Assembly: GCA_964247055.1 (NCBI GenBank)
Contig: OZ176050.1
Location: 2,790,001-2,854,000, forward strand
Reading direction: 5' to 3'
DNA: 64,000 nucleotides
DNA from: Paragordius varius
Lineage: Eukaryota; Animalia; Nematomorpha
In this document: positions 63,301-64,000 of the stretch, one piece after another
How the letters are laid out: each line of letters begins with the position of its first letter
Position numbering within the stretch: position 1 is the stretch's first letter
The notes under the pieces: model-generated
Database searches by the model: none
What the model saw: the letters and a program-made list of their open reading frames with translations, nothing else
What the model was told of the DNA's origin: nothing
Translations under genes and position numbers: made by a program

Positions 63301-64000
63301 CCATACTCACTCCCCGTGCCGAGAAATTATTGGGGGTTAAGAGTATTGGCGCGGGTTGAGTTTTCTTCCTCATCAGCAATGATTATCACTTAGTTACAGT
63401 ACAAAACCGCTAAAGTTGATAATATCTCGCTTGATAAGATTACAATTATCCCTTGTTTTTCATCTTTAATCAACCATACTCACTCCCCGTGCCGAGAAAT
63501 TATTGGGGGTTAAGAGTATTGGCGCGGGTTGAGTTTTCTTCCTCATCAGCAATGATTATCACTTAGTTACAGTACAAAACCGCTAAAGTTGATAATATCT
63601 CGCTTAATAAGGTTACAATTATCCCTTGCTCATCTTTAATCAACCATACTCACTCCCCGTGCCGAGAAATTATTGGGGGTTAAGAGTATTGGCGCGGGTT
63701 GAGTTTTCTTCCTCATCAGCAATGATTATCACTTAGTTACAGTACAAAACCGCTAAAGTTGATAATATCTCGCTTAATAAGGTTACAATTATCCCTTGCT
63801 CATCTTTAATCAACCATACTCACTCCCCGTGCCGAGAAATTATTGGGGGTTAAGAGTATTGGCGCGGGTTGAGTTTTCTTCCTCATCAGCAATGATTATC
63901 ACTTAGTTACAGTACAAAACCGCTAAAGTTGATAATATCTCGCTTGATAAGATTACAATTATCCCTTGTTTTTCATCTTTAATCAACCATACTCACTCCC
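60400..64000. repeat. Homogeneous tandem satellite with units of 168, 170 and 173 bp (about 21 copies), continuing past the window end; degenerate units at about 59930-60400
   Basis: Unit CCGTGCCGAGAAATTATTGGGGGTTAAGAGTATTGGCGCGGGTTGAGTTTTCTTCCTCATCAGCAATGATTATCAC...CAACCATACTCACTCC is repeated directly with few variants. Confidence 0.98.

Overview
AT-rich eukaryotic (animal, probably protostome) genomic DNA, not prokaryotic. Seven spliced genes were reconstructed by hand with consistent intron phases. They are SLC25A1 (minus, 3' end outside the window), a DEK-C/SWIB protein, eIF3a, a two-LIM muscle LIM protein (CSRP/MLP), Twinkle helicase, MED25 and Ssu72. The main observation is intron architecture: 16 of 58 complete modelled introns are only 21-36 nt. 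They sit almost entirely at the 5' end of housekeeping genes (the first two introns are 21-29 nt in all five multi-intron housekeeping genes), while most downstream introns are 67-3464 nt, the reverse of the usual long-first-intron pattern. Two introns start with the minor-spliceosome signature GTATCCTTTT. Twinkle and MED25 are head-to-head with only 65 bp between start codons. The rest is a transposon landscape: an intact full-length RTE LINE with a 19-bp TSD in a MED25 intron, decayed RTE copies carrying an internal PHD-like finger, hAT elements with 8-bp TSDs, a three-copy non-autonomous Helitron family and a foldback element in (TA)n. A ~170-bp satellite with a 513-bp higher-order repeat runs off the right end. 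All models come from manual reading; no alignments, database searches or RNA data were available.
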